Position numbers and translations under genes: made by a program. Positions 51,849 through 61,969 of a stretch of 64,000 nucleotides of DNA are shown here, one piece after another. Position 1 is the first letter of the stretch. Each line of letters begins with the position of its first letter. Under the pieces are notes generated by a model. That model worked only from the letters and a program-made list of their open reading frames with translations. It had not been told where the DNA came from and searched no databases. The DNA is from Parcubacteria group bacterium Gr01-1014_38 (lineage in GTDB: Bacteria > Patescibacteriota > Andersenbacteria > UBA10190 > CAIZMI01). Location of the stretch: contig VMFP01000002.1 in NCBI GenBank assembly GCA_007376145.1, positions 8,679 to 72,678 on the forward strand, read 5' to 3'.

Positions 51849-53390
51849 ATGCAACTGGAACCCATCATCGGGCTGGAGGTCCACGTGCACTTGAACACGA
51901 AGTCCAAGTTGTTCTGCGGGTGCCGGAACGTGTCGGAAGCCGAGCGGCCGAACCAGTACGTCTGCCCCGTGTGCATGGGGTTTCCCGGGACGCTCCCGGT
52001 GGCCAATAAGCAAGCGATCGAGTGGACCGTGCTCGCCGGACTGGCACTCGGGTGCGAGATCGCCGAGCACTCGACCTTTGCCCGGAAAAGCTACTTCTAC
52101 CCTGACTTGCCGAAGGGCTACCAGATCTCCCAGTACGAGGAGCCGCTGTGCGTAAACGGCGAAGTCCACGTGTTTGTCGGAAGCGAGGACCGCCGCGTGC
52201 GCGTTCAACGTGTGCATCTGGAAGAAGACGCGGCGAAGAGCATTCATACCGCCGATGCCACGCTCGTGGATCACAACCGGGCAGGCACGCCCCTTATCGA
52301 GGTTGTTACCGGTCCTGATCTGCGGAGTCCGCAGGAGGCCAAAGCGTTTCTCGAGGATCTCCAGCGGACGATGCGGTACTTACGAATCTCGAATGCCGAC
52401 ATGGAAAAAGGAGATTTGCGGGTAGATGCGAACATCTCACTTAGGCCTTATGGCGATAAGGCGCTTGGCCCGAAGACCGAGATTAAAAACATGAATTCCT
52501 TCCGTGCCGTCGAGCGGGCACTCGCTAGCGAGATTGAACGACATAAGCAGATCTGGCTACAACACCACAACACGGCGCATTCCTTTGGTGGCTTGTGGGT
52601 AGTAGAGGGGCTTCAGTCAACGACACGTGCGTGGGTAGCAGAGCATGAAGAGACAGTCGAGCAGCGCACCAAGGAAGCAGAGGCAGACTACCGGTACTTC
52701 CCGGAGCCGGATATTCCCCCGCTCGCTCTTGAGCGGATCTGGGTAGAAACACTCCGGATCGCCCTTCGGGAACTCCCCCACGCGAAGGAGGAGCGCTTCC
52801 GTCGCCAGTACCGGATGACGTCTGCTGATGCCCATCTCCTCGTCGGCAATCGGGATCTTGCCGACTACGCCGAGAACGTTTTTTCAGAGGTTGCAGAGTG
52901 GGTCAAGGAACGTACCGACGTAGAGCAGCGCGAGCTTCCGCATTTGGAAAAGCTTGCTGTGAACTATCTTATTGGCGATGTTCGCTCGACACTCGTGGCA
53001 CAAGGCGCCAGTGTTTCAACGACGAAAATAACGCCGGAAAACTTCGCGGAGCTCGTTGTCATGCTCCACCGGGCCGAGGTGAACCGGAATGCCGTGCCGG
53101 AGGTGCTCCGTCTCATGCACGAGACCGGGGGAGACCCATCGACGATTGTTCGAGAGCGCGGCCTCCAGCAGGTCTCGGATATGGATGCGCTCCGCCGTCT
53201 TGTCCAAGACGTGGTGCGGAGTTTCCCCGCGGAGGTAGACAAGATCCGTGCCGGCAAGAATCAGGTGCTCGAGTTCCTCGTGGGACAGGTGATGGCGGAC
53301 ACGCGCGGTCGAGCCAACCCCGCGACCGTCCGTCGGCTTCTCCGCGACGAACTCGGGTTGTCAGATGCTTCCGACAGACCATCGTCTTGA
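51849..53390 (+). CDS. gatB: Glu-tRNA(Gln) amidotransferase subunit B
   Basis: IIGLEVHVHL...CGC...CPVCMGFPG is the GatB N-terminal signature, with a C-terminal YqeY-like domain. Confidence 0.9.
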   Translation: MQLEPIIGLEVHVHLNTKSKLFCGCRNVSEAERPNQYVCPVCMGFPGTLPVANKQAIEWTVLAGLALGCEIAEHSTFARKSYFYPDLPKGYQISQYEEPLCVNGEVHVFVGSEDRRVRVQRVHLEEDAAKSIHTADATLVDHNRAGTPLIEVVTGPDLRSPQEAKAFLEDLQRTMRYLRISNADMEKGDLRVDANISLRPYGDKALGPKTEIKNMNSFRAVERALASEIERHKQIWLQHHNTAHSFGGLWVVEGLQSTTRAWVAEHEETVEQRTKEAEADYRYFPEPDIPPLALERIWVETLRIALRELPHAKEERFRRQYRMTSADAHLLVGNRDLADYAENVFSEVAEWVKERTDVEQRELPHLEKLAVNYLIGDVRSTLVAQGASVSTTKITPENFAELVVMLHRAEVNRNAVPEVLRLMHETGGDPSTIVRERGLQQVSDMDALRRLVQDVVRSFPAEVDKIRAGKNQVLEFLVGQVMADTRGRANPATVRRLLRDELGLSDASDRPSS

Positions 53391-53479
53391 CGGTCGCCAC
53401 CACCCACGTATCGTGCAGATACCCTCTTTGGTCCCTCCGGGTGCGTCACCCGCTGTCCTTTTTCTGAAAGGGGTCCTCC

Positions 53480-53776
53480 GTGACCAACCGGTCTTCTCCC
53501 AGCTCTGGCCTTCTCCCCAACCTCGACCGCGTTGATCAGGACGCGCTCCTCCGTGAGCTCTACAACGGCAAGCAGGAACTCGAATCCCTTCTTCGGAAAC
53601 TCGAAGAAGAACAATGTCCGATCTCCTCGATGCCCGCCGCCCAGTGTGCGCCGTGCGCGGAGAAGGATCCGCTGCACTATCCTCAAGGAGTCACGAGGAA
53701 GATCCGGACTGTTGTCCAGAAGCTCCTGCAGCAGATCGAGCGGGTGGCTTCTCTGCTCGCCACGGGTAGATCGTGA
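53480..53776 (+). CDS. Small coiled-coil protein with C-x10-C-x2-C (98 aa, GTG start). Hypothetical.
   Basis: ORF in a 410-bp gap with RBS AAAGGGG upstream. This could be a chance ORF in GC-rich DNA. Confidence 0.25.
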   Translation: MTNRSSPSSGLLPNLDRVDQDALLRELYNGKQELESLLRKLEEEQCPISSMPAAQCAPCAEKDPLHYPQGVTRKIRTVVQKLLQQIERVASLLATGRS

Positions 53777-53799
53777 GCCGACGGAACAGCAAGAAGAGG

Positions 53800-54780
53800 T
53801 TAGGGGGGTGACTCCGGTCGAACATCGTTTTGACCGGAGTTTTTTCTTTGGAGAACGTCGGTAATCACCCGGCGAGCTTCGGCGGCCGAGGCTACGCGGA
53901 CGAGTTCCGGTTCCCCCTTGAGCCACGTCTGTTGCCTCCGCGCGTACTCCCGGTGCGCACGAAGGACGGCGCGTGTGGTCTCCGCAAGAGTGGTTTCTCC
54001 GCGGAGGTACGGGAGTACCTGGCGGTACCCAACCGCCTGCAACCCCGGCGCTGATTCCCCGTACTGTTGTACCAGTCTTCGCACTTCTTCCACGAAACCG
54101 TGGCGAAACTCTTCCTCGACGCGGGAAGTGAGGCGCTCGCGGAGTACTTCCGGAGGAGGGACGAGCGCCAGTTTCAGGAACCGCACCGGGGGCGCACTCT
54201 GCCCGGACGGTGCTTCGTGGACGCCAGAGGAACCCGCCCGTGCAATTTCGAGCGCGCGTATGACCCGACGCTTATTGCGCACCTGATCGACTCTGGCATA
54301 GAGATCGGGGGCCAGAGCCTTCAGTTCACGCGCCAGCGTCTCCACGGACTGCGTCTCTGCCCACGCACGAAAGGCCGAATCTGGTGGAACGTCGGGGAGG
54401 GAGCGGTGGCTCGTCAGGACACGGACGTAGAACCCGGTTCCCCCGACGACGATTGGAAGTTTCCTGCGCCGCCGGATATCAGCGATGAGCTGTTCGGCGT
54501 CATCGCGGAATGCGGCGGCGGAGTACTGCTGGTCTGGTGTGAGGATGTCAAGGAGATAGTGGGGGATTCCGGCGACGAGGATCGGTTCATCACTCTTGCC
54601 GACGCCTAGCGTTCGTCTCCCCGGCTTCTCGGTACCGATGTCCATGCCGGCGTAGATCTGCCGCGAATCTGCGGTGATGATTTCCCCGTTGAGCGCTTGG
54701 GCAAGTTCCAGCGCGAGCGCGGATTTCCCCGCGCCTGTGGGACCCATGATGACGACGGCGGAGTTCTGCCTTCTCATCAC
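53800..54780 (-). CDS. miaA: tRNA dimethylallyltransferase
   Basis: P-loop GPTGAGKS and the IPHYLLD motif. Confidence 0.85.
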   Translation of the reverse strand: MMRRQNSAVVIMGPTGAGKSALALELAQALNGEIITADSRQIYAGMDIGTEKPGRRTLGVGKSDEPILVAGIPHYLLDILTPDQQYSAAAFRDDAEQLIADIRRRRKLPIVVGGTGFYVRVLTSHRSLPDVPPDSAFRAWAETQSVETLARELKALAPDLYARVDQVRNKRRVIRALEIARAGSSGVHEAPSGQSAPPVRFLKLALVPPPEVLRERLTSRVEEEFRHGFVEEVRRLVQQYGESAPGLQAVGYRQVLPYLRGETTLAETTRAVLRAHREYARRQQTWLKGEPELVRVASAAEARRVITDVLQRKNSGQNDVRPESPP

Positions 54781-54823
54781 TCACCACTCATAACGCAAAA
54801 CTCTCCCGTGGTACACTGGCGGC

Positions 54824-55393
54824 ATGTTCCGTCGAGCGGGATGGCTGCTCCGCTGGGTCCTTTTCCTCGTGGCCGCATGGGCCGCACTGGTGTACGGACT
54901 TCCCGCCTTCCGCGCCCGACTGCCCGACCTCTGCGCGCGGTGGAATCTCCAGGGAGGCGTGTGCTCCCCGCCCGTCCAAGAGACGCTCGGTCGCGTCCAG
55001 GAGTGGACGGAGAGTCATCTCGTCCCACTCTCTCGCGATGCTCGCTTTCGCGCGTCGCTGCGGCAGGTCCAGCGCGCGTTTCAGCACTTCGAAACGCTCC
55101 TCCGGCGGCAGGTGGGGAACGCGCGGGTGGACGCGGCGTTCCGCGGCGCAGACGTCGGATTGCGGGAACTCGAACGTCTGTTCGGCGATGATCGAGAGAT
55201 TGCGCGGGAGAAGATCGCTGCCGTGCCGGGGAACACGCGGGAACTCCTCCGAAAGGCGCGGGAAGCGTTTGACCGGCTCCGCGCTCTCTTGAGTTCAACC
55301 GGCCGCCGTGCCGACGAAGTGTCGAGCGCCGTGGACGAAGCCCAACAGGCCCTGGATGCGCTCTCCACCGCGCTTCCGGGAAAGAACGAGTGA
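54824..55393 (+). CDS. Membrane-anchored hypothetical protein
   Basis: N-terminal TM WLLRWVLFLVAAWAALVY, then a helical region. Confidence 0.35.
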   Translation: MFRRAGWLLRWVLFLVAAWAALVYGLPAFRARLPDLCARWNLQGGVCSPPVQETLGRVQEWTESHLVPLSRDARFRASLRQVQRAFQHFETLLRRQVGNARVDAAFRGADVGLRELERLFGDDREIAREKIAAVPGNTRELLRKAREAFDRLRALLSSTGRRADEVSSAVDEAQQALDALSTALPGKNE

Positions 55394-55399
55394 CGCGCT

Positions 55400-56704
55400 T
55401 TAGGGAAGCGTGAGCGACTTCTGCGCGATCTTCTCTGCGAGGAACCCGATTGCCTCCGAAAGTTTCTTGCTCCCGAAATTCTTTCCGCCGTGGAGACGGA
55501 TGGTCACGGTCTGCTCCTGCTGTTCTCGTTCTCCCAAAATGGCCATCACGGGGATTTTCTGCGTCTCCGCGTTTCGGATTTTCTTCGGCAGCGTTTCGTT
55601 GCTGTCATCCACTTCCACACGGATCCTGTCAGCACGCAAGGCTGTTGACACCTTGCTCGCGTATCCAGCGACATTCTGGCTCACGGGAAGAATCCGCACC
55701 TGAATCGGCGCGAGCCAGAGAGGAAACTTTCCTTCAAAGTGCTCGATGAGGAACGCAATGAAGCGTTCAAGGGTACCGATAAGAGCCCGGTGGATGATGA
55801 CCGGGCGCGCTCGCTTGCCGGTCGCCGCGGTGTAGGTCACATCCAGTCGCTCCGGGAGCAACATGTCGAGTTGGATGGTCGAAACGGTGAACGTGTGCCC
55901 AGCGGCATCCTTCATTTGGATATCGGCCTTGGGGCCATAGAACGCGGCGTCACCGACTGCTTCCGTGAACTGGACGCCTGCGTGCTTTAGCGCCGTGCGG
56001 AGGGCTGTTTCGCTCTTCTTCCAGAGCACGGGCTGGTCCGCGTACTTCTTCTTTTTCTTCGGGTCGTGGAGGGCGAAGTCAATCCAGAAGTCTTTCAGAC
56101 CGAAGGTGCGGTAGATTCGCTGCATGAGTTCAAGCACCGAACGGATTTCGCTTTCCAGCTGTTCCTCCGTGCAGAAGATATGCGCGTCGTTCATGGTCAT
56201 CCCGCGAACTCGGGTGAGCCCCTGGAGCTGCCCGGATTTCTCATAGCGGTACACCGTGCCGAATTCCGCGATGCGGAGCGGGAGCTCCCGGTACGAGCGC
56301 GGACGCGCCTGGTAGATGCGAACGTGGTGCGGGCAGTTCATGGGCTTCACGATGAACCGCTCGTTGTCCGCGACCATCGGGGGGAACATGCTCTCGCGGT
56401 AGTAGGGGAGGTGCCCCGAGGCCTCGTAGAGTTCTTCCCGTCCGAGATGCGGAGTCACCACGTGCTGATACCCGGATGCGAGTTCCTCGTCCATCACGTA
56501 TTGCTCCAATGCCCGCCGCAGCGCCGCGCCTTTTGGGAGCCAGAGCGGGAGGCCGCTGCCAATGAGCGGGTCAATGAGAAAGAGTTCCAACTCGGTCCCC
56601 GATTTCCTGTGGTCGCGCGGAGAGAGTTCAGCTGGCGACTCCCCCTGCTTTGCCGCTGCTTTTTGTTGAGGAGTACGTTTTGCTGGCACGTCGGTACTGT
56701 ACAT
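55400..56704 (-). CDS. thrS: Threonine--tRNA ligase: catalytic and anticodon-binding domains only, with no N-terminal TGS or editing domains
   Basis: RDHRKSGTELELF, class II motifs, the zinc-site CPHH, and an anticodon-binding domain. 434 aa versus ~640 for a typical bacterial ThrRS. Confidence 0.8.
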   Translation of the reverse strand: MYSTDVPAKRTPQQKAAAKQGESPAELSPRDHRKSGTELELFLIDPLIGSGLPLWLPKGAALRRALEQYVMDEELASGYQHVVTPHLGREELYEASGHLPYYRESMFPPMVADNERFIVKPMNCPHHVRIYQARPRSYRELPLRIAEFGTVYRYEKSGQLQGLTRVRGMTMNDAHIFCTEEQLESEIRSVLELMQRIYRTFGLKDFWIDFALHDPKKKKKYADQPVLWKKSETALRTALKHAGVQFTEAVGDAAFYGPKADIQMKDAAGHTFTVSTIQLDMLLPERLDVTYTAATGKRARPVIIHRALIGTLERFIAFLIEHFEGKFPLWLAPIQVRILPVSQNVAGYASKVSTALRADRIRVEVDDSNETLPKKIRNAETQKIPVMAILGEREQQEQTVTIRLHGGKNFGSKKLSEAIGFLAEKIAQKSLTLP

Positions 56705-56814
56705 TCTCGTCGCGCTTCTTGGAAGAACACCTCTTGACTACAGTACTCGTGTACTGTATTGATCAGTACGTACATTGGTCGCTCTGTTCTGCTACAACTC
56801 GAAAGGGGAAAACC

Positions 56815-57360
56815 ATGGCTGATCTCAAACCACCGCTCAAGGGCTACTCGTTGTTTCTTGAGGCGGAAGGATCGGAGCAGAAATTCTTGCAGGAGCTTGT
56901 GGATGACTTAGCACGGAAGAACCGAACATTCACGTTCCCGGCCCACGTTACACTTCTCGGCCTACTCGATAAAACCCCAGCTGATTTGGATCACGTCAAG
57001 CAGGCCGGAAGGGAGATTGCCGCCGGGTATCGCGGCGTTGTCACGGAAATCGTCGGGATGGGCATTCGCCGCATGTATTTCCAGTCCGTTTTTCTCCCCG
57101 TGAGCCCATCCAGCGAACTCATGACAATGAGTCAACAGGCGCGGGTCCTTCTCGGTCACGAGGCGGATCCCCCATTCATGCCGCACTGGAGTGCCGTCTA
57201 TGGGGATATTGACGAACGGCAGAAGCGGGCTATTGTCCGCGACCTCATGGGCGTAGTCCCGTTTCCAAAGGTCGTTGCGATCAAGAACATCGCCCTCGCA
57301 GATGTAAGCGGATATCCGGACGAGTGGAAGATCCTTGAACGATATCCTCTCGCTGACTGA
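56815..57360 (+). CDS. 2H phosphoesterase superfamily protein (LigT/ThpR-like 2'-5' RNA ligase)
   Basis: Two H-x-T/S-x motifs (AHVTLL and PHWSAV). RBS GAAAGGGGAAAACC before the ATG. Confidence 0.6.
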   Translation: MADLKPPLKGYSLFLEAEGSEQKFLQELVDDLARKNRTFTFPAHVTLLGLLDKTPADLDHVKQAGREIAAGYRGVVTEIVGMGIRRMYFQSVFLPVSPSSELMTMSQQARVLLGHEADPPFMPHWSAVYGDIDERQKRAIVRDLMGVVPFPKVVAIKNIALADVSGYPDEWKILERYPLAD

Positions 57361-57379
57361 CACCGCGTTAACGATTTCG

Positions 57380-57412
57380 TACCGATACTCTCCGGTGGGG
57401 GTCGGTATTTTT
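57380..57412 (+). terminator. Terminator TACCGA-N16-TCGGTA followed by TTTTT
   Basis: Seen in the sequence. Confidence 0.4.
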
Positions 57413-57415
57413 CTA

Positions 57416-57444
57416 TTGACATGTGCCGCTGAATCTCTTAAGCT
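57416..57444 (+). promoter_or_regulatory. Promoter-like TTGACA-N17-TAAGCT upstream of the IMPase gene
   Basis: Consensus -35, a plausible -10, and an SD AAGGAGAAA before the GTG start. Confidence 0.4.
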
Positions 57445-57491
57445 GTGCATTCGGGTTGTTGTTTCTTACCCATTGCTAAGGAGAAATCATC

Positions 57492-58271
57492 GTGATCGAG
57501 ACATTGGAACGTGCCGTCCGTGCGTGCGGAGACCTGCTCCTAGAAATTCGGGAGAAGGGCCTTCGGACGGAAGATAAGGATGAGCAGCTTGGGGCGCATT
57601 TTTCCACGCAGGGAGATACGCTCTCACAAGCGCGCGGCATTGAAATTCTTCGCGAGAAGTTCCCCGATGAGATCGTCATTGCGGAAGAGCAGGAGAACGC
57701 GGCAGAGATTCCACCGAACTGCACCGTCTTCGATCCACTGGACGGAACGATCGCCTATTACAACGGCTGTCGTGAATTCGGGGTCACGCTCTGCACGCTC
57801 CGCGGCGGACAGCCGCACGCTGGCGTGATGTATTTTCCCGTTGACCGGATGATGATCAGCGCGGTGCGCGGCGAGGGTTGCTCCATCAATGGAGAGAAGT
57901 TCACAATTCGGTGGGATCGCCCGCTGGATAAGACGATGATTGGGATCGACGTCGGTCCTTGGACGGTCTACGAAGTCGTTCAGCCACTCGCAAAACGCTT
58001 CTGCGTTCGAAGTATCATGGTCGCTGTCTACGATGCACGTGCAGTTCTTCTCGGAGAAACCGGTGCGTACTTCAGTCTGAACATCGCAAAGATCTGGGAT
58101 GCCGCGGCGGGCGTTCTCGCGGTGGAGGAGGCCGGAGGTGTTGCCTGTGCACCTGATGGGTCTCCGCTGCGGTGGAACGCGATTGCGGCGGACTGGATTC
58201 TCGCTGCAAACCGCGAATTGGCGGAGCACATTCTCCCCTACACCACATTGTGGAAGGGAAGAGCGAGTTGA
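57492..58271 (+). CDS. Inositol monophosphatase family protein (SuhB/IMPase-like)
   Basis: Motifs IAEEQE, FDPLDGT and WDAAAG. GTG start. Confidence 0.75.
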   Translation: MIETLERAVRACGDLLLEIREKGLRTEDKDEQLGAHFSTQGDTLSQARGIEILREKFPDEIVIAEEQENAAEIPPNCTVFDPLDGTIAYYNGCREFGVTLCTLRGGQPHAGVMYFPVDRMMISAVRGEGCSINGEKFTIRWDRPLDKTMIGIDVGPWTVYEVVQPLAKRFCVRSIMVAVYDARAVLLGETGAYFSLNIAKIWDAAAGVLAVEEAGGVACAPDGSPLRWNAIAADWILAANRELAEHILPYTTLWKGRAS

Positions 58272-58290
58272 TCGTCCTGATGACCCCATT

Positions 58291-58325
58291 GGCCAGCGGT
58301 CTACACCGACCGCTGGCCTTTTTCT
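58291..58325. terminator. Strong bidirectional terminator GGCCAGCGGTC-tacacc-GACCGCTGGCC followed by TTTTTC, between convergent genes
   Basis: Perfect 11-bp stem. Confidence 0.55.
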
Positions 58326-58327
58326 TG

Positions 58328-61300
58328 TCAGGATGATGGAACGGATCGTCGGAGTTCCACGGGTTCCGGGACATCCTCGGTCAGCGCGATCTCTACCGAC
58401 CGCGGCCCGAGGAGGTCGAGCAATTTTTCCCGCAGAGTGTGATCGAGAGTCAGCGCGTAGGAGGTCTTCACAAGGTCCACCGTTCCGTTGCGCTTCGGGA
58501 CGCGGAGGTAGATGCGGACCGGGCCGAGGGGCAGAGAGCTCAACACCTCCTTCAGGGAGAGCAAAACGGCGCGTCCTCCGTTGGGAGGGACCGTGAGAAT
58601 CGCGTAGGGTTTCGGAAGCGCTTCGGGGACGACCCGCGGTTCCGGAGCCACCCCGCGGTTCTCAGACGATGTGGTCATCGGCTGCGTTTCCGACACCTGC
58701 TCCGCTTCCTCGCAGAGCACTTTGGGCACGCCGTCGCGGTCATTGACGCGACCTTCCACGATCAGGACATGGTCTTCCGCCCAGAGTCCGGGATTGGCCG
58801 CGAGGACCTTCGGAAATACGAGCACCTCGATGGAGCCCGTTTGGTCCTCGAGCGTGGCGAACGCCATCGTTTCTCTCGTGCGCGTGACCACGCGCTGGAC
58901 TCTCGTCACGATCCCCCCGATGCAAACGCTGTAGTCCACAAGGTCGGCGGAAATATCCTTGATGGGTGTCGTGCGGCCGGCGAGGAGGTGCGACACCGCG
59001 GCGACCGGATGGCCGGACACGTAGAGACCGAGGAGCTCCTTCTCCCATTGCAAGCGTTGCTCTGGTGGGGCGGGAGGAGAAGGTCGGAGAGCGATCGCCG
59101 CGCTGCCCTGTTCCTCCGATGCGCCAAACAGCGCGCCCTGTCCCGCGATGGTCTGCTTCTGGGCACTCCGACCCAGATGGAGAAGGTGATCGAGGTTCTC
59201 GAGAATGGCGTTGCGCTCGGCCAGGGCGTCGAGGGCTCCCGCTTTCGTGAGGCTCTCCGCCGCTTTCTTGTTGAACTCGCGGGTCTGCACCCGCTGGAAA
59301 AAGTCGGCGAGCGTCCGGAAGGGACCGCCTGCCGCGCGGGCGTCGAGCATCGCACGCACCACACCGGACCCCACGTTCTTCACGGCGAGCAGGCCGAACC
59401 GAATGGCGTCTCCCGGTCCCTCCCGCGCGGTCACCACCGTGAAGTGCTCGCCGCTCTCGTTCACGTCCGGCGGGAGCACCGGGATCTCCATCGCGGTACA
59501 CTCCGCCACCTCAATGGCGATCCGATCGGTATCGTTCTCGTCGGAGGTGAGGAGCGCGGCCATGAAGGCCGCAGCGTAGTGGGTTTTTAAGTACGCGGTC
59601 TGGTAGGCGATGAGGGCGTAGCAGGACGCGTGGGCGCGGTTGAACCCGTAGTGGGCAAACGGTTCAATGAACGCGAAGATTTTCTCGGAGGTTTTTTCCT
59701 CTACACCGTTGCGGACCGCCCCATGAACGAACTTCTCCTTTTGCGCTTTCAGGAGTTTTTCAATTTTCTTCCCGACGGCCTTCCGGAGGATGTCCGCCTC
59801 GCCGAGCGTGAACCCCGCGATCGCGCGCGCGATTTCGAGGACCTGCTCTTGGTACACCGCAATCCCGTAGGTCTTCGCGAGAATCGGTTCCAACGCGGGG
59901 TGAAGGTACTCCGGTTTCTTCAAACCGTGCTTGCCGGCGATGTACTGCGGGATGAGCTCCATGGGTCCCGGTCGGTAGAGAGACACCATGGCCACGATGT
60001 CTTCGAACTCCGTCGGCTTCAGTTCTTTCAAGTATCGCTTCATTCCCTGGGATTCCAGCTGGAAGACACCGGTCGTCAGGCCTTCCTGCAGCGTGCGGTA
60101 GGTCGCTGCATCGTCGAGCGGGAGTGCGTCGAGGTCCAGGGCGGTGCCCGTGCGCTCGCGGACGATGTGGAGTGCGTGCCCGAGAATGGTGAGATTTTTT
60201 AAGCCGAGGAGATCGATCTTGAGGAGCCCAAGGTTCTCGACCGCGTGCATCTCATACTGCGTGATGATCGTGGCATCATCGGCGCTCGCCCGTTGGATCG
60301 GTACGTGTTCCACGAGTGGGGACGGCGTAATGACAATCCCTGCGGCGTGGGTGCTGGCATGGCGGGCAACACCCTCGAGCTTCCCGGCCGTCTCAAGGAG
60401 CCGTTGCACCTGGGGATCTTCCGCCGCGAGGCGTTGGAGGTCCTTCGAGCTGGCCTGGGCTTCGGCCAGCGACATGCCGAACGGAATGAGCTTGGCCACC
60501 TTATCGCAGAAGGTGTAGGGGAAACCGATCGCGCGTCCCACGTCGCGCACGGCCGCCCGCGCCGCCATGGTTCCAAAGGTGATGATCTGCGCGACGTGAT
60601 CGCGACCGTACCGGGCCTTCACGTACTGGAGCACTTCCTCCCGTCGGTCGTCGGCGAAATCGAGGTCAATGTCCGGCATACTCACGCGCTCGGGGTTCAA
60701 GAAGCGCTCAAACACGAGGTGGTGTTTCAGGGGGTCAATATTCGTGATGTGTACGAGGTAGCTCACGAGCGAACCGGCGGCAGATCCCCGACCCGGGCCA
60801 ACGAAGATGCCTTGGCGCTTCGCCCAGTTCACGAAGTCCTGCACAATGAGGAAGTACCCCGCAAAGCCGGTCTTCTCGACGACGTGCAGTTCGTACTCCA
60901 TCCGCTCCCGGGCTTCCGTCGGCGGCTTCAGCCCGTAGCGGGTTTGCAGCCCCTCCTCGGCGAGGCGGCGAAGCGCGGAATCCGGAGTCTCGCCGTCTGG
61001 GAGAGGGAAGGCCGGCAGGACAAGCTGGCCGAACGTCAGTTCGACAGCGCAGCGCTCCGCAATGCGCAGGGTATTCTCAAGCGCGCCCGGGACATCCCGG
61101 AACGCCTCAGCAAAGTGCTCTGAAGGTTGCAGGCTGAAGTCCTCTCCGAGCATGGAGAGCCGGTCCTTGTCCGTCAGCTTGGTTCCCGTCTGCACGCAGA
61201 GGAGAACGTCCTGCGCTTCGGCATCCTCCCGCCGCACGTAGTGCGCATCCCCCGTCGCGACGAGCCCGATTCCGTACTGCCGGGCGAACGTCTGGATCGC

Positions 61301-61870
61301 GTGGTTCACCTTTGGCTGCTCCGGGAGCGTGGGGTGATACTGGAGTTCAAGGAAGAACCGCTCGCGGCCGAAGACGTCGAGATGCCAGCGGACCAGACGG
61401 TCTGCTTCCGCATGGTCGCCGCGCACAATCGCTTGCGGAAGATCGCCGTTGATGCACCCCGAGAGGACGATAAGTCCATCGGCGTGCGCGCGCAGCGTGG
61501 CGTAGTCAATGCACGGCTTGCGGTAGAAGCCGTTCAGGTGCGCATCGGAGACCAGGCGCAAGAGGTTCTGGTATCCGGCCCTGTTCTCCACGAGGATCGT
61601 GAGATGCCGAATGGTCTTCTCGCTCACCGTGACGTCACGCGCCCGCTGCCGGTCGGGCACGAGGTACGCCTCCACGCCGAGGATCGGCCGAATCTCCCGC
61701 TTCCGCGCCTCCTCCCAGAATTCCACAAGACCGTGGAGGACCCCGTGGTCCGTGAGGGCCACGGCGCGCATGCCGAGCTCCTGCACGCGATCAAGAATCC
61801 CCGGGATTTTCCCGAGTCCGTCGAGGAGTGAATAGTGGCTATGCACGTGAAGATGGACGAAGTCGGGCAT
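58328..61870 (-). CDS. dnaE: DNA polymerase III alpha subunit
   Basis: PHP domain start MPDFVHLHVHSHYSLLDG, polymerase core, and OB fold. Start trimmed from the track ORF (62476) to the family-consistent ATG at 61870. Confidence 0.9.
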   Translation of the reverse strand: MPDFVHLHVHSHYSLLDGLGKIPGILDRVQELGMRAVALTDHGVLHGLVEFWEEARKREIRPILGVEAYLVPDRQRARDVTVSEKTIRHLTILVENRAGYQNLLRLVSDAHLNGFYRKPCIDYATLRAHADGLIVLSGCINGDLPQAIVRGDHAEADRLVRWHLDVFGRERFFLELQYHPTLPEQPKVNHAIQTFARQYGIGLVATGDAHYVRREDAEAQDVLLCVQTGTKLTDKDRLSMLGEDFSLQPSEHFAEAFRDVPGALENTLRIAERCAVELTFGQLVLPAFPLPDGETPDSALRRLAEEGLQTRYGLKPPTEARERMEYELHVVEKTGFAGYFLIVQDFVNWAKRQGIFVGPGRGSAAGSLVSYLVHITNIDPLKHHLVFERFLNPERVSMPDIDLDFADDRREEVLQYVKARYGRDHVAQIITFGTMAARAAVRDVGRAIGFPYTFCDKVAKLIPFGMSLAEAQASSKDLQRLAAEDPQVQRLLETAGKLEGVARHASTHAAGIVITPSPLVEHVPIQRASADDATIITQYEMHAVENLGLLKIDLLGLKNLTILGHALHIVRERTGTALDLDALPLDDAATYRTLQEGLTTGVFQLESQGMKRYLKELKPTEFEDIVAMVSLYRPGPMELIPQYIAGKHGLKKPEYLHPALEPILAKTYGIAVYQEQVLEIARAIAGFTLGEADILRKAVGKKIEKLLKAQKEKFVHGAVRNGVEEKTSEKIFAFIEPFAHYGFNRAHASCYALIAYQTAYLKTHYAAAFMAALLTSDENDTDRIAIEVAECTAMEIPVLPPDVNESGEHFTVVTAREGPGDAIRFGLLAVKNVGSGVVRAMLDARAAGGPFRTLADFFQRVQTREFNKKAAESLTKAGALDALAERNAILENLDHLLHLGRSAQKQTIAGQGALFGASEEQGSAAIALRPSPPAPPEQRLQWEKELLGLYVSGHPVAAVSHLLAGRTTPIKDISADLVDYSVCIGGIVTRVQRVVTRTRETMAFATLEDQTGSIEVLVFPKVLAANPGLWAEDHVLIVEGRVNDRDGVPKVLCEEAEQVSETQPMTTSSENRGVAPEPRVVPEALPKPYAILTVPPNGGRAVLLSLKEVLSSLPLGPVRIYLRVPKRNGTVDLVKTSYALTLDHTLREKLLDLLGPRSVEIALTEDVPEPVELRRSVPSS

Positions 61871-61969
61871 GGGACTATTATTGTACGTCTGCGAGGCGTG
61901 TCGGGGGAGACGGGTCCTGTACCATGGAGTGGCCCGCCTTGCGCTCGGCCCATTCCACCTTTGAGCATC

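Noticed and set aside
58439-59590. 383-aa plus-strand ORF
   Set aside because: Antisense to dnaE.
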